Positions 39,162 to 53,459 are shown, numbered from the stretch's first letter. The stretch: 64,000 nt of DNA from Azolla caroliniana (GCA_043228905.1 JBHGNT010000003.1:18476001-18540000), one strand, 5' to 3'. A program made the numbers and translations. Notes: generated from the letters alone by a model not told the origin.

Positions 39162-42100
39162 CTACCACCATTCAAGTAATCAAACCTTTTTTGAATTTAA
39201 TACTCAAACACACACAATATTAAGTTTAAGCAAGCAAATCATTAAACCCTAAACCCGAAACCCTAATCCCTCACTTCCAAATCTCCCCATATGTTATATC
39301 CTACTTATCATGTTGCAATAATTAGATAAAGCAGGAATGAGACTCAAATCCCAATGTCCTATAAAATGAGTGCTTTTTACATGATTAAGTTTGTCTAAGT
39401 TGTAAGAATTGATTGTTTCAACCTCATATTTAATCAAGAGACATGAAGTTTTGGGGACTTAAGGGAGATGTGATTTCTTAGAATGCCAAAGCTTGTTAAG
39501 TACCTACCATTTAGGAAAAGAAACACAAAGACATTGACACTAGAATGCATAGTGATGATTGGAGAAAATGCTCAGCTTACATTATGACGAATAAGCAGTT
39601 CAGAAGAGGAGGAGGAATATAATGATGATGGTGGTGACCATCCCTGTATGTAAGGATTGTGTGCAAAACAACAGATGAAGGTTAAATGATTTAGTAAATG
39701 TGGTTTGTCCTAAGAGGAAAAGTCGAAAGATTAGAATGAGAATGCTTTTGGTAAAACGTGGATGATCTAGGAAAGAGAAAATGAATGAAAAATGAGACAT
39801 CTTCAGTAAATATTGGTTGATTAAGAAGAAGAAATGAAGATGAAGATGTGTTGCAGTGAATGTGGTTGATGTGACCTCTAAGAAAAAAAGATGAGGATGG
39901 AACAATGGCAATGAAAAATTGGTTGATGTAACGTCTAAGAAGAAAGGATTATTACGATGGAAAAATGGCAATTAATGAAAGTGTGTTTGGAAATCTGGCT
40001 GACTTAACTTCTAATAAATAAAAGAGGGAAGATGGAAAATGGCAATGCTTTAGTGCCATTGTTACACATTATTGATGGCACAGAGCTATCTCTGGGGATT
40101 GACAATAAAAGAGAGTTAATTGAATCAAAGCCAGAGTCTCTGGTGTTGGTAAACTAGAGAGAGTACAGGATTAAAGAAGTAAGAAGGTTTATGAAGAGGG
40201 GGTAAGGCTATTGATGATGGTATGGAACCATGATTATGATGATGAGTGAATGTGTAATTGATAGAACATAAGATAGTTTTCCTTCCGTTATGTAGAGGTT
40301 GCTTGCATGCCGCTCAGCGAAAAGTGTTACACATTCTTGAAGAAGATTAAAAAAATGTGGTAATTGATGTGGATGATCTTAGGGGGAAGATTGAAATACC
40401 CCTTTTTGAATCAATCAAACCAAGGATTGAGACAATTCAAATGCAGCTTCGTGATTATTATTACTATTTTTTCCATTTGTTTTGGGGGGATAATAGTGAT
40501 GGCATATCCATGTTTTGTACCTTAACTATGCAGTTAAAAGACTCAGGATGCAATATCGAATACTGCTACCTTATTCAATGCATAGATTTCATGTCTGAGG
40601 TAGAGCCTTCTACATTGCAGGCCGCCTGACGCCCAAATCTTTCCCGGCAAAAGAAACCTGTCAATCTCGTTTGAAAAAATGAGAGATAATGACAGGTTTT
40701 AGGCTTTTATAGTCATCGGTTGGGCGACCTACATCTTTTATTGGGTTGGTTGGGTGACCAACTCATTATAAACCCTAAAGCAGTTGGGCAACCTGCTTAA
40801 ACTGGTCACCCAACCGCTTTAAAAATAAACGGTTGGGCGACCTGCATCTTTTATTGAGTTGGTTGGGTGACCAACTCAATATAAGCCCTAAAGCAGTTGG
40901 GCGACCTCTGCACAACTTTATTTTTCGCGCCTTCTTCATTATCGAAATTCGACGATGCAGATTGCACGCGCCTTCTCTAAGCAACCTGCACCGTCTGTGG
41001 CCGCGATTCCCTCACCAACCCTCTTTATGATTTGTGTCATAATAGACATGTCGGTATGTATGTGTATATGTATAAGAAAAGCCTCATATTCATTTCCATT
41101 ATATGAGAAAAGTCTCCTCTCCCTACTCCACTTCCATCCATTAAGAAGACCCCATTCCATTCCTTTTGCTTTTCCTTCACACATCTTCCGGGGGCAGGAA
41201 ATGAATGGTGACTGAGTGCCCCGTCTCTGCCCTCGCCTCACCTTGCCTATTCCTTTCCAAAGTCTTCTCGCGTTTCGTAAAGAGCCACTCGCACCGAGAG
41301 AGACTCTGATCTGGTATAGACCCTTCGCATACTGCAAATGTGCCATCCTCATCTTTGTTATCCCCTGGCACTTTAAGTCTTTCATGGTTCTTCGTGTGGT
41401 ATGTCTTCATATCCTCTTTTGGCTCCATTCCCATATCAACATTTACGTCTCCTCATGGCACTTGCTTGTTCAAGCCCACATCGACAATAAGGCTCATTGT
41501 AGTCCGTGTTATCCGACCCTAATCATGTCCCATCTCATCTTGTGTCCTCACTCCTAAGACATCCGCTTTGACCAACATGTCCAAATCATGCACATGATAA
41601 TGACAAATGACCAAAGGAACTATATTGTTAGGCTAAATGAAAATGGGAGAAGATGAAGATATAAGTTTAAATATGAATGAAGTGGTGAAAAATTCATGCT
41701 AAAATTAGTTTCGAGCTTCTTAAAGACATTAGTCTAGAAGTCACTAGTAAACTTGGAATTTCGATCACTAACAATATTCATCGCAAAGCCATAAAACTAA
41801 AATAACTCATCAACAAATTGATAAGACAATTATTGAGTTGTTACCATGGTTTTTGTATGAATAAATCTAGCCAATTTCATTAATCTATCAACGACAACCC
41901 AAATGGCATCGAGAGCAGTGTTGGGCAAAGTCCTAGGAATAGTGTCAATGTTCTAGTTAGGTTGGAACTTTTGTTGACTAATGTGATGGGGAGCTGTAAC
42001 TAATTCCAACTACAATTTCTAGAAAAGCAGAATCTAGCTAGTGTCGTGGAAATCTGCAAGTACGTGTCAAAAAGGGGCAGGACCACGGGGATCTTGGACT

Positions 42101-44407
42101 AGGGAGTAAGAGAAGGGAGAGAAGTTTGGGAGTTCAACCGAGAAGGAAGAGAAAGATTAAGATCCAAGAGATTACGATAAGGGAGAATAAGATTTAAACA
42201 AGACAAGATTCATTGAATGATTATATTACGAAAACACCACATGAATTACAGCCATGGCCGTGTAGGCCTAATGTAAACCTCTAGATGAAACCCTAACTGG
42301 ATAGGGGAAAAGAAAAAGGAGAAGAAGAAGAATGAAACCCTAAAACGAGATCCTAAAACCCGAAACCCTAAAACGAAATAGGGATAATTTAAACCCTAAT
42401 GGTCTACCCCGAAACAACAAAATGGCGACCCCTCCAAAAGTGACACCTCATTCCCTTTTATAGTAGTAATGGGTGAGGCACATTACAAAAAGAGAGGCCA
42501 AATATTCCCTTCTTTCAATGAGGGATATTTGCCTTGATCTTAGGAGGAGAGATTGATGGGGCCTTAACTCCCTCTCCTCACACTTTCACACACAACCATA
42601 CCCTCTACACTGGTACTTCCATCATTCATGCACTCCCCCTTTAGTCTACACGTGCATGAGCCCTTAAGTACACATCACCTTTATACTTCACAAACTTTGT
42701 AGTGCACTTTTAGCACCTTACATTTTACCCTTCCTTTCACATTTGTTACTTATTCTTATTTTACAAATTCCCTAAGTACATGTGCAATGTTGCACATCCC
42801 GCTTTATTCATCCCGCTTGGGTTTTCTCACCATAGTCGAAAATCCTCATGACATCCAGCCCCACCAAACCGCACATCCACTGGTATGTGCCAAGAAAGGG
42901 GAAGAGGTGAGATTTTCGGCAATGGTTATCAACCGGGTTCCTTTGTGTCCTCGTTGACCTCATTCGACTTCGTCTTCTACTTCGAGCATGCCCATCCTTT
43001 CCATACGAACCATCATAGCCTCCCGATCCACCATATCCGATGCTCGCACCTTCCTCCATGGTCAGTCGTAGTAGACCTCCCAAAAGATGTTGCCGATCCG
43101 ATCACTCTTCCTTTGTCCGTCGCATGTGTCCTCCGATTGGACTCCAGACCACTCTGACCGCATGTCGGATACCATCCCTCACGCACCTTGTATGTTCCCC
43201 CTTCAACCCGATCATCTCCTCGTCCCAAGCACCTAGGCGTGTCATCTCCCTTCGTTCCGCGCTTGCCTTCTGTAGGCTCTACCCATGCGTCGTTGTCAAC
43301 CTCCGATTACACACTCGTTCCTAGGTCCTTGCGTGACCCCCGCTCCTCATATTGCCCTTACCCATGGTGCTCTCTCACGGTAGAGTGCACCTCCATCCAG
43401 ACATCCGTGTTGGGGTTCTCCGCCACAGTGTCCTCCGTGGCTCTCGTTACCGCTTCGTCGTGATGCACACCCTCTTGGCCTGCTCGGCCCCATCCATCCT
43501 TCGGGATGCTGTGTTTGCTCTTCCCGATGCGTAGCCCATCGTTCTCCACGCACCTCCTCTGTTTCCCTAGACACAACCCTCCACTCATGCCGATCACACT
43601 CGACTCGTTCCGTTGATCTTGGCACTTCGTCGCGACGTCCTTCGTCCCTGTTTGCCTCTCAAAGGCCTGACCTGATTACTATTGTCGGTCACTTGTTATG
43701 GCTCCTCTGGATGCATGCTTGTTTCTTGGTCCTCGAGTGGCCGTAGTGCATGCTTTGTATTTTGCCCTTCACTCATCGTAGTCCCAACCTCAATGTCGGC
43801 CTCTCCCCCTTTCATTGCCATAGTCCCTTCCAACTCCGATTGACCCTCTTGGCCCCCGTAGCATACCGTAATGCTTCGATCACCTCCTTCGGCACCCTCC
43901 TCTGCTTCGACCTCCGACTCCTCTCCACCACCCACCGTCTCTTCGGTCTTACGTTGATCCGCAACCGCCGAAGTCTCAAGAATAGGTGCAGAGGGTTCTT
44001 CTTGTTCTCGGTCTTTCATCGAGTCGTAGTTATCACGCCCGCTTGGCCTCCGCCTCGTGCTCACCGGCTCCCACCTCGTGTTGTGGCGCGTTCGCCTCGA
44101 TCTCCAATTGGGTCGGCTTGGCCCTTGTCCAGATCGGTCGGATTCCTTCCGTATTCGTACTCTACTGATACGGGTTCGGCCGAGTCGGCTCTCTTTCGGG
44201 TCGGGCCTGGTCGATTGGCCCTCACTCCATTCTTCTTCCTTGTGGACCGGAATTCTGACCGGATTGTCTTCCTTTCGAGTCGGATTACCGACCGTGTCGT
44301 CTTCCGGTCGAGTCGGTTCCTGACTCCCTCTTCTTTGCCGTTCTTGGCCTCTCCATTGAACTCCGCCACCGGTTACCCCCTTACCTTGCCTCTTTGTCGG
44401 CCCCCTT

Positions 44408-47400
44408 TGTTATACATGTACCCCCGATACATGCTAAGTGTGAAAAGGCCAAAACTGGTCTTCCACTTAGTAGTGTGGGGAGAGAGAGAGAGTGAGTGAG
44501 TGTGAGTGAATGAGTGAGTGTCTGCTTCCTCTCTGTGGCTTTTTCCCCCTTTTCTCAGTTGTAGAGATTCACTACCTCTTCATCTCTGTTGTAACCTCCA
44601 CCCTGTTGTATCTATTGAACCCCATTGTTGCTCGCCCTCTATTCCTCTCGTGCATACTAGAACTAAGAAGGAGCACCAGTCCTTCTTCATCCTTTATTGT
44701 CCGTGTATTACGATCAAGAGCAGAACAAAAAATTGTCTCTTGATTTTCGCTCTATCGATTGACAACAGTGGTATCAGAGCTTGAGAGACAACGAGAAGAA
44801 GCTTTGGAGTCGGAAGCAACAAGCGTATGAGACTCGTAGTGGCGTAGGAGATTCGTGTGGCGAGCGTTGGAGTATCGGGGTCAGTTGAAGCATCTACCTA
44901 CTGTTGGGAATCTCCAGCATCTTCGACATTGAAGAAAGGAGTCGGTTATTCACAGGTATTTCCCTTGGTTAAACTCTTTGTTTATCCATCATATGCAAAA
45001 CATTTTTTGGGCAGAAATAAGTTGTGGTGGGAGAGACCCCTGCCACATTTGCAAGAGAGATTTGGGGTTAGTGTGAATGCATAGCAAAGCAGATGCCTAC
45101 AATTTGTGATTTAAGAGATGTATGCTAGTAAATATCGCTACCACATCTGGAAGAAATACTTGGGGTTAGTGTGAATGTATAACAAAGCAGATGCCTACAG
45201 TTTGTGATTTAAGATATGTATGCTAGTAAATATCGCTACCACATTTGGAAGAAATACTTGGGGTTAGTGTGAATGTATAACAAAGCATGTGCCTATAGGT
45301 TGTGATTTAAGAGATGTATGCTAGTTAATATTGTGGACATCTTGGAAATTATATGTCTTTCATTGATGCTTATTATATGCAAGAGTGGTATCAGTCCTCT
45401 TTGACAGTTCACAATTGATATTTTGGAAGTTGTATGCTTTCAGTGGTGCGTGTTGCACGAAATATTGGGTATCAATCTTTGACAGTTTGCCATAAGCTAG
45501 ATGGTTACTAGTTTTTTTGTTGCCCAATCGTTGCCTGATATTGTCGTTCACTCCCATGGAGTCTGAAATGTTGGATGTATCTAGTAGCACTTATGTTGCT
45601 CGCAATAGTTCAAGTAAGAACTATTCATTTTTGGGAAAAGATCATATTGAGTTCTGGAAATTTGATGGATCTAATTTTGCTTTGTGGAAGAATCATATGC
45701 GTGACGTATTGGTTCAAAGAAAGCAAACGAGGCCCCTAGGGGGCAAAGAGAATAAGCCGAATGACATGGATGATGATGATTGGGAGGAACTTGATGCCTT
45801 AACCATGTCCACTATAAGACTGCACTTGGCGGATAGTGTCTACTTTACTGTTTTAGATAATCAAAACTCCGAAGAACTTTGGAAAAAGCTATGCAATACC
45901 TATGAGAAGGAGACTGCAACTAACAATGTGTATTTGATGTGAAAGCTATATGACCCTCGTATGAAGGATACATATAGTACTGCGTCTCATTTAAATCAGT
46001 TTGATGCATTATGGTCATAATTGCAAGCTCAGAAAATGACCATGGATGATGAGTTGAAAGCTGTATTTTTGCTATGCACATTGCCTAGCTCATGGGATAC
46101 ATTTTGCACCGCTATTAGCACTACTGTACCAAACGGGAAATTGGTGTATAATGACATAAGTGGAGCACTATTGGGTGAAGAAATACGTAGGAAATCTATG
46201 GTTTCCTCACAAGTTGGAGATGCATATAATGTTCGAGATTCTGGTTATGGTAAAAACCAGCAACGTGGTAGAAGCCATACCAAAAGTAGTCATGGAAATC
46301 ATGACAAAAGCAGAAGTAAATCTAGGAAGAGACTTGTGGAATGCCACTATTGCCACAAGAAGGGTCATATTAAGAAAGAATGTTATGCATTGAAGAACAA
46401 AGAAAAGGAAAAGGGCAAAACTCATGGTGATGGGCATGTTAAACAGTTGACTAGTTCATCATCTTCATTGAAGATAGAGGAAATAAATGTCGCATGCGAT
46501 GATGGTGTTGACATCTTGGTCATGGATGATGTTGCTACCTATGCTAAGGCTAATATTGCTCATGCGCTTGCTCATACATGGTTGTTGGACTCTGGTGCTT
46601 CATTTCATGTGACTCCACATAGAGAGTGGTTCACACGATATGAAGCTAAACCACTTGGTACAATACAACTTGGAGATTCACATCAGTGTGATGTGATTGG
46701 CATCAGAGATGTCATGGTACAATGTTTTGAAGACTCTTAGTTTACCGTACAAAATGTACGCCATGTGCTTGAGCTAACTCGTAGCTTAATGTCTGTTGGA
46801 CAGCTTGATAACATTGGTTTTAAAGTGATTTTTGCTGCCCAATCCTTTCGTATTACGAAAGGAAATATGGTTATTGCCAAAGGGAACAAAGTTGGTTCAC
46901 TTTATCCTTTAGTTGTCCATCAAAAGGAGCATCTTTTGACAGTTACAGAACAACCTATGACTTGTATTTGGCATGGCCGTTTAGGTCACATGTCTCGTAC
47001 TAGAATGGAAACATTATCACGTTTTGGCTATTTACCTGTGTTATCATTTTCAAAAATTTTAGTTTGTGCGCATTGTCAATATGGTAAACAAACTAGAAGT
47101 GTGCATTAGAATTTTAATTTTGATTCATCTACTCAAGCCTTGGATCTAGTTCATACAGATGTATGTGACCCTATGCCTACTAGATCATTGGGTGGAGCTT
47201 TGTATTTCGTTACATTTATTGATGATGCCACAAGAAAGGTGTCGGTGTATCCCATAAAGGGAAAGGGTGATGTATACCCCATTTTTAGAAAATGGCTTGC
47301 CTTGGTTGAGACTGAAAAAGGAATAAAGCTTAAGGCTTTACATTCTGATAATGGAGGTGAGTATACCTCTCATGAGTTCAAAGATTTTTGTGTGTCTAGA

Positions 47401-50114
47401 GGCATACATAGAGAGTTTACTGCCCCTTACACTCCGGTACAAAATGGTGTGGCAGAAAGGATGAATAGAACCATCCAAGACAATGTTGTTTCTATGTTGC
47501 ATCATGCAAATCTGCCGCAAGGTTTTTAGGCTGAAGCAGTTTGGACAACAGTCCACGTGATAAATCTATCACCTAGTACTGCCAAAGGCTTGAAAGTGGC
47601 ACAAGAGCTGTGGACAGGAAAAACCCCAAACTATGATCATCTTAGGGTATTTGGATGTGAATCATATGTTCATGTTCCAAAACAATTAAGGCAAAAACTA
47701 AAATTTAAGAGTAGGAAATGTATTTTTCTTGGCTATGGTGTAGATGGTCAATTTGGATATCATTTGTGGGATCCTGAAACACGCATTATAGTCAGAAGTA
47801 ATGATGTTGTTTTCAATGAAAAGATTATGCATAAGTAGCCAATTAAGGAAGTGGAAGTGAGGAAAGTGGCATTTCAAGATGTTACACCCTCTATTAGTGT
47901 GCAAAAGGATAACCCCACACCTATGCTGAACAGTCCTATAAATATTCACCCATATGAGGATGTCCACAATGAGGACACGTGTACAACCTGAAAACAGTTC
48001 GACTCCGGTTCAACAACCAGTGAGATGATCTACTCGTGTCTCTAGGCCACCTACTAAACTCACGGACTATGTGATGTTAACGGATGCTGGTGAACCCTCT
48101 TGTTATAAGGAAGCTATTTTGGCCAATGATCATGCTAAGTGGGAGTGTGCCATGCAAAGTGAATTGGATAGTATTCATAAGAATGATACTTGGGATTTAG
48201 TACCTTTGACAAAGGACAAGAAAGCATTGCCATGCAAGTGGGTATACAAGCACAAGTATACATCTGATAGTGTTTCCCCAAAGTATAAAGCATGCTTGGT
48301 TGCCAAAGTTTTCAAGCAAGAACATGGAATTGATTTTGATGAAACCTTTTCTCCTGTAATTAAGATGACTACATTACGTATGTTGCTTTCATTGGCTGCA
48401 AATCAGAATTTGGAATTAGTCCAAATGGATGTGAAGATTGCCTTTTTACATGGGGACCTTGATGGGGACATTTATATGGAACAACCAGAAGGTCATGAAG
48501 TCTCAGGAAAAGAACATTTGGTATGTAAACTCAAGAAGAGTTTGTATAGGCTTAAGCAGTCCCCTAGATTATGGTACCAGAAGTTTGATGCTTTTATGGA
48601 GACTCAAGGATATACTAGAAGCAATGAGGATGCATGTCTTTATACAAAAAACTGTTCAGATGGGAGTTTTATCACATTGATACTATATGTTGATGACATG
48701 CTTATTGTTGGTAAAAACAAGGATGAGTTATCCTCATTAAAGAAAAACTTGGGCCAGAATTTTGACATGAAGGATTTGGGAGATGCAAAACATATTCTTG
48801 GTATGCGTATCACTCGTGATAGGAGTAAGCGATGCATTTACTTGTCTCAGGCTGAGTACATATCGAAAGTGCTCAAGAGGTTTAATATGGAGAATGCAAA
48901 GCCGTTGAGCACTCTATTGCCTAGATATGTAAAACTGAGCACATGTGATTGCCCCACATCTGATGAGGACAAGGAATTCGTGTCCAAGGTTCCTTATCAA
49001 TACGCAATTGGGAGTCTTATGTACGCCATGGCAGACATTGCATTTGCAGTGGGAGCAGTAAGTCAATTCATGTCAAATCATGGTAAGAAACATTGGGATG
49101 CAGTCAAGTTGATACTGAGATATTTGAGTGGCACTAAGCATAAGTGCCTTTGTTTAGGCAAAGGGGATGCCTCTATCATTGGATACACAGATTCTGATTA
49201 TGCTGGATGCACTGACAATAGGAAATCTACTTCAGGGTACATCTTTCAGATTATGGGAGGTGTTATTTCTTGGAGATCTCATCTTCAAGATTGTGTCGCA
49301 TTGTCAACAACAGAGGTTGAGTATGTTGCAGCCAGTGAGGCATGTAAGAAGCAGTTTGGCTGTCTCGATTAGCTAGTGACATGGGTATACCGCAACATGT
49401 ACCCAAACTGTTTTGTGATAGTTAGAGTGCCATTGCTTTGGCTAAGAATCCGGTATATCATGCGAAGACCAAACATATTGGAGTGCGATACCATTTCATT
49501 TGGGAATGCATAGCTAATGTTTGTATTAGCCTTGAGAAGGTTGTTTCTCGCGAAAATGTTGCAGATGCATTGACTAAGGCCTTAGCCTTACCACAAGATG
49601 CATTGGAGTATTGTTGTTACTTGATGGGAATTAGTTAGTGCCTTATGTTACACACTTGTCGTGTACATTGTGTAACATGCCCATCATGTGGGAGGTAGGT
49701 CTAGGTCTTGTATAGGTCAACCTTTCATTATTTGTACTCCTAGTTTTGGCCTTTTAGTGGGAGATTGTTATACATGTACCCCCGATACATGCTAAGTGTG
49801 AAAAGGTCAAAATTGGTCTTCCACTTAGTAGTGTGGGGGGGGAGAGAGAGAGTTAGTGAGTGTGAGTGAGCGAGTGAGTGTCTGCTTCCTCTCTGTAGCT
49901 TTTTCCCCCTTTTCTCAGTTGTAGAGATTCACTACCTCTTCATCTCTATTGTAACCTCCACCCTGCTGTATCTATTGAACCCCTTTGTTGCTCGCCCCCT
50001 ATTCCTCTCGTGCATACTACAACTAAGAAGGAGCACCAGTCCTTCTTCATCCTTTATTGTCCGTGTATTACGATCAAGAGCAGAACATACAATTGTCTCT
50101 TGATTTTCGCTCTA
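44408..50114 (+). mobile_element. Ty1/copia element 4 (Tnt1/Tork-like), degenerate; LTRs 44408-44767 and 49766-~50114 (3' end clipped)
   Basis: PBS TGGTATCAGAGC 44769-44780. Gag KFDGSNFALWK, zinc knuckle CHYCHKKGHIKKEC, protease WLLDSGASFHV, integrase 47140-47838, RT-RH 48071-49638 (LYVDDML). PPT before 49766. 3' LTR lacks its last ~13 bp and has no matching TSD. Confidence 0.92.
45061..45340. repeat. Three ~98-bp tandem units in the copia 4 5' leader
   Basis: TTGGGGTTAGTGTGAATG..GCTAGT repeated at ~45062, 45160 and 45258. Confidence 0.85.
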
Positions 50115-51291
50115 AGACAAGTGTCGAGGGATCTTGTCTTTGTCCGCTACAAACTTCCTCATTCTCCTTGTGGTCGTCTCTAGAACTGGTGTGGGCAAAG
50201 TCCTGGCACCATCACTCGTCGATGTCATGTCCGTAGCCACCTCCATTCACGTTGTTGTCCATGGCTAATCCGTTCTCGATTACACAAGCCTCGATTATGC
50301 TTGCCTCCTCCTCGTTCGATTTTTCGGGCAACCGTGTCCCGAAACTTCCACCCACTCTCAAAGTGGCGCTCATTGCTCCGTAGTCCCTGGCCTTATCCAT
50401 GGCCGTCCTTTTTCCGCAAGACAAGAGGGCAACTCACTCTGCACCCTCTCTCATGTCACCATTGTACACTCCTTCGGCCTCCACATAGACCCCGTCCTTC
50501 GTGCATAGGGAGGTGTCTTCCTCCGCGTCCTCCAATCCTCTCGAGCCTGACTCCATAATAGGCTCGTCTTCGGCTTCGACCTTTGTCTTCAAGATCTTGT
50601 ACGCCTCCCGTACCAATGCTTCTATGTTGAGCTCCTCCAAACCATTACGCGATGAGCTCTCCTCCGGTGGTAGTGCGTAGTCACTCACCACCCTCTTCTC
50701 ACCTCCGCTTTTGGGCCGTGTTGTGACCGATCGCTTCTCATCATGTCGTCGACATGCCCATTCCACTTTGGTCCAATCCTCGGTGAGGCCGTGTGCTCCA
50801 TAATCATCTTCGAGCTCGAGTAGAATGTCCATCCTTTCCTCCCGATGGACCGACTTAAAAAATAGTAGGACATTGTCCACCCCCACCGATCTTCGATCCC
50901 GCTTCGAGAGTTGAGCAAAACGAGCTCAAACTCTTGGAATGCTTTCATTGCGCCCCGATGGGCCTTCACGGATGCTACCCATTCGTCGAACTCGCGCCGA
51001 CCTTGCCCCTCCGGTTTCTCATACCCGTATGCCTCGCCTACCTCCCTTGTCGTCATCTCGGCATTGTAGGCTTCTAAAAATTTCGAGACCTCGTTCCCAT
51101 TGAAATGACCGACCTTCTTAACCACGCTCTCGATGGCTTGTTGAGTCGCATCTCACCTTTCTCTTTCCTTCGAAAAATTCATGATCATGCTCAACATCAT
51201 CTCCTCCAAATTTTCTTCCTCCATCATCATTCTCCCTCACCGTCCTTCACGCTGGGTTCACCAAAGATGTCATGGAAATCCGCGTATACGT

Positions 51292-52330
51292 TGTCGTGAA
51301 AAATCCGTCACTACGTGTGGATCGTGAGGCTGAACCGCCAGGGTTCTAGATTGGAAGGATTCGAAGTTTGCACTAGCTTTAACGAGAAAGTATTTAAGAT
51401 AGATTGAAAGAGAATGAGATAAGATAGAATGCTTGACTTTAGATTGAGAGACATTGAAATGGAGAGAGAGATTAAGATTGAACCCTTGACTTTAGATTTG
51501 AGGAACAAGATATATCATCAATTGGATAACGAATTTTCTTCTTCTTAAATTTTTGATTAATACCTAGCTTGTTTTTCTTTTTTATCCACTCTTTTATAGA
51601 TGCCCCCATGCATATGATGCATGTGAGGGCGCAAGACATGCATGTAATGCACAAAATGCATGAGATGCATGTTTGCCATTTGGCGCTCATGCATTACATG
51701 TGTTGCATGATAACCATGTCACTCATTCAAGCTCTCATGTATGAGAAATTACATGTGAAAGTATAATGATAAAAATATAACTTAAAAAATAACTTGACTT
51801 TTTCGTTTCACATTGAAAATCTTCAAGACACCATGCGTCACGATCAACCTATCCGACCAACCCAACCGATCCGTCTGTCCGATCCCGACCGATCCAATTC
51901 CGGTTCCGTCCGTCCAGATCCGATTTCGGTTCTCCAAAACCATTTTGAACAACTTGGTTGAATCCATTCGTCCAAGTTATACAACCCAACCTTTTTGTGC
52001 TCCTACCACATAGATGAAATATAAAGAGATATGGCCCTACTTATATACTCTTGAATCCTAATGGTGTTTCTATGTGGGATATCTCATAATTTTGTTTTCC
52101 TCCTTTACTTCTCAAACTTCACACTCACATAACTTGACACTAAGTTGTCCATTTCACATGTAGTAAAATGCATTCGGAAGCTCTTGAAGACATCCATCTT
52201 TTCGTACCAAGATATTAAACTAATATAAAATAGTATCTTCACTATTATTGTTTCATATTGTGTGAAGAACCACACTCGATTTTGTATGTTCCTCGCAATT
52301 TTCACACCAATGCCGAAAATCATTAGGAAA
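51292..52330. mobile_element. Solo LTR of the TGTCG group nested in the LTR of element B
   Basis: Start TGTCGTGAAAAATCCGTCACTACGTG, as at 3306. End TTTCACACCAATGCCGAAAATCATTAGGAAA aligns with the LTR end TTTCACACTATAGCCGGAAATCTTCACGACA. Flanks ACGT (51288-51291) and ATGT (52331-52334); the host LTR resumes in register. Confidence 0.68.
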
Positions 52331-53459
52331 ATGTGTCGAAAAGGGGTAGGACCACGGGGGTCTTGGATTAGGGAGTAAGAGAAGGGAGAGAAGCTTGGGA
52401 GTTCAACCGAGAAGGAAGAGAAAGATTAAGATCCAAGACATTAAGATAATGGAGAATAAGATTTAAACAAGATAAGATTCATCGAATGATTATATTACGA
52501 AAACACCACATGAATTACAACCATGGCCGCGTAGGCCGAATGTAAACCTCTAGATGAAACCCTAACCGGATAGGGGAAAAGAAGAAGAAGAAGAATGAAT
52601 GAATGAAACCCTAAAACGAGATCCTAAATCTTGAAACCCTAAAATGAAATAGGGATAATTAAAACCCTAATGGTCTACCCCGAAACAACAAAATGGCGAC
52701 CCCTCCAAAAGTGATCCCTCACTGCCTTTTATAGTAGTAAGGGGTGAGGCACATTACAAAAAGAGAGGCCAAATATTCCCTTCTTTCAATGAGGGATATT
52801 TGCCTTGATCTTAGGAGGAGAGATTGATGGAGCCTTAACTCCCTCTCCTCACACTTTCACACACAACCACACCCTCTACATCCGTACTTCCATCATCCAT
52901 GCACACCCCCTTTAGTCTACATTTGCATGACCCCTTAAGTACACATCACCTTTATACTTCACAAACTTTGTAGTGCACTTTTAGCACCTTACATTTTACC
53001 CTTCCTTTCACATTTGTTACTTATTCTTATTTTACAAATTCCCTAAGTACATGTGCAATGTTGCACATCCCACTTTATTCATCCCGCTCAGGTTTTCTCG
53101 CCATAGCTGAAAATCCTCACGACACCGGTTCATATTTTTCAAACCAGCCATTTATGCATTTTTTCCTTTAAATCGTTTCCCCCACTTTCCAAGTTTCCCC
53201 CTTTCCCCCCTAAAACATGTAAAGACCCCCTTTTTTTTGCAAGAGCTTCATTCTCCATTTGGTCTTGTTTCACCATAGCTACCAGGCCTCGAGATACTCT
53301 CTCTCTCTCTCTCTCCTTCTCTCTCTCTTGATTTTGACAAGCTATGGCTTGAATCAAAGCTCACAACAAGATATATGATATGATCTAAGAAGATTAATTC
53401 TGTAATTAACGAAAGCTAACAAGTTTAAGAGGTATCCTTCTCTTCGGGTTTGGTCCTAC

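Larger units (their letters stand above)
33486..41054 (-). mobile_element. Mutator-like element (MULE) with long imperfect TIRs, carrying a transposase and a Ulp1-like gene
   Basis: Left end GTGTCTATT..CAAATCATAAAGAGGGCTGACGAGGGAATCGCGGCC is the inverse of the right end GGCCGCGATTCCCTCACCAACCCTCTTTATGATTTG..AATAGACA over more than 150 bp. Subterminal GGTCGCCCAAC repeats at both ends. Candidate 9-bp TSD TATGTATGT (33477-33485 and 41055-41063); exact ends uncertain because of the microsatellite. Confidence 0.88.
42042..53124 (-). mobile_element. Non-autonomous gag-only LTR element B of the tRNA-Trp gypsy group (LTRs 42042-42853 and 51268-53124, the latter interrupted); host of copia 4
   Basis: Paired LTRs TGTCGTGG/TGTCATGG..CA(C/T)GACA; PBS 51246-51263; flanks CTAG (42038-42041) and CCGG (53125-53128). 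Gag remnants 50434-51125. Internal region homologous to element A (shared EEPS.PILETSAVADQ). Confidence 0.88.

Noticed and set aside
39040-39270. Interstitial telomere array
   Set aside because: Only scattered single AAACCCTA motifs, not tandem TTTAGGG repeats.
40939-41557. ORFs just outside the MULE right TIR as a gene
   Set aside because: No recognisable motifs or splice structure; may be displaced PI31 upstream sequence.
51805-51834. A further nested LTR end (AAAATCTTCAAGACA)
   Set aside because: No matching 5' end or TSD found, so it was not counted in the CpG-target tally.
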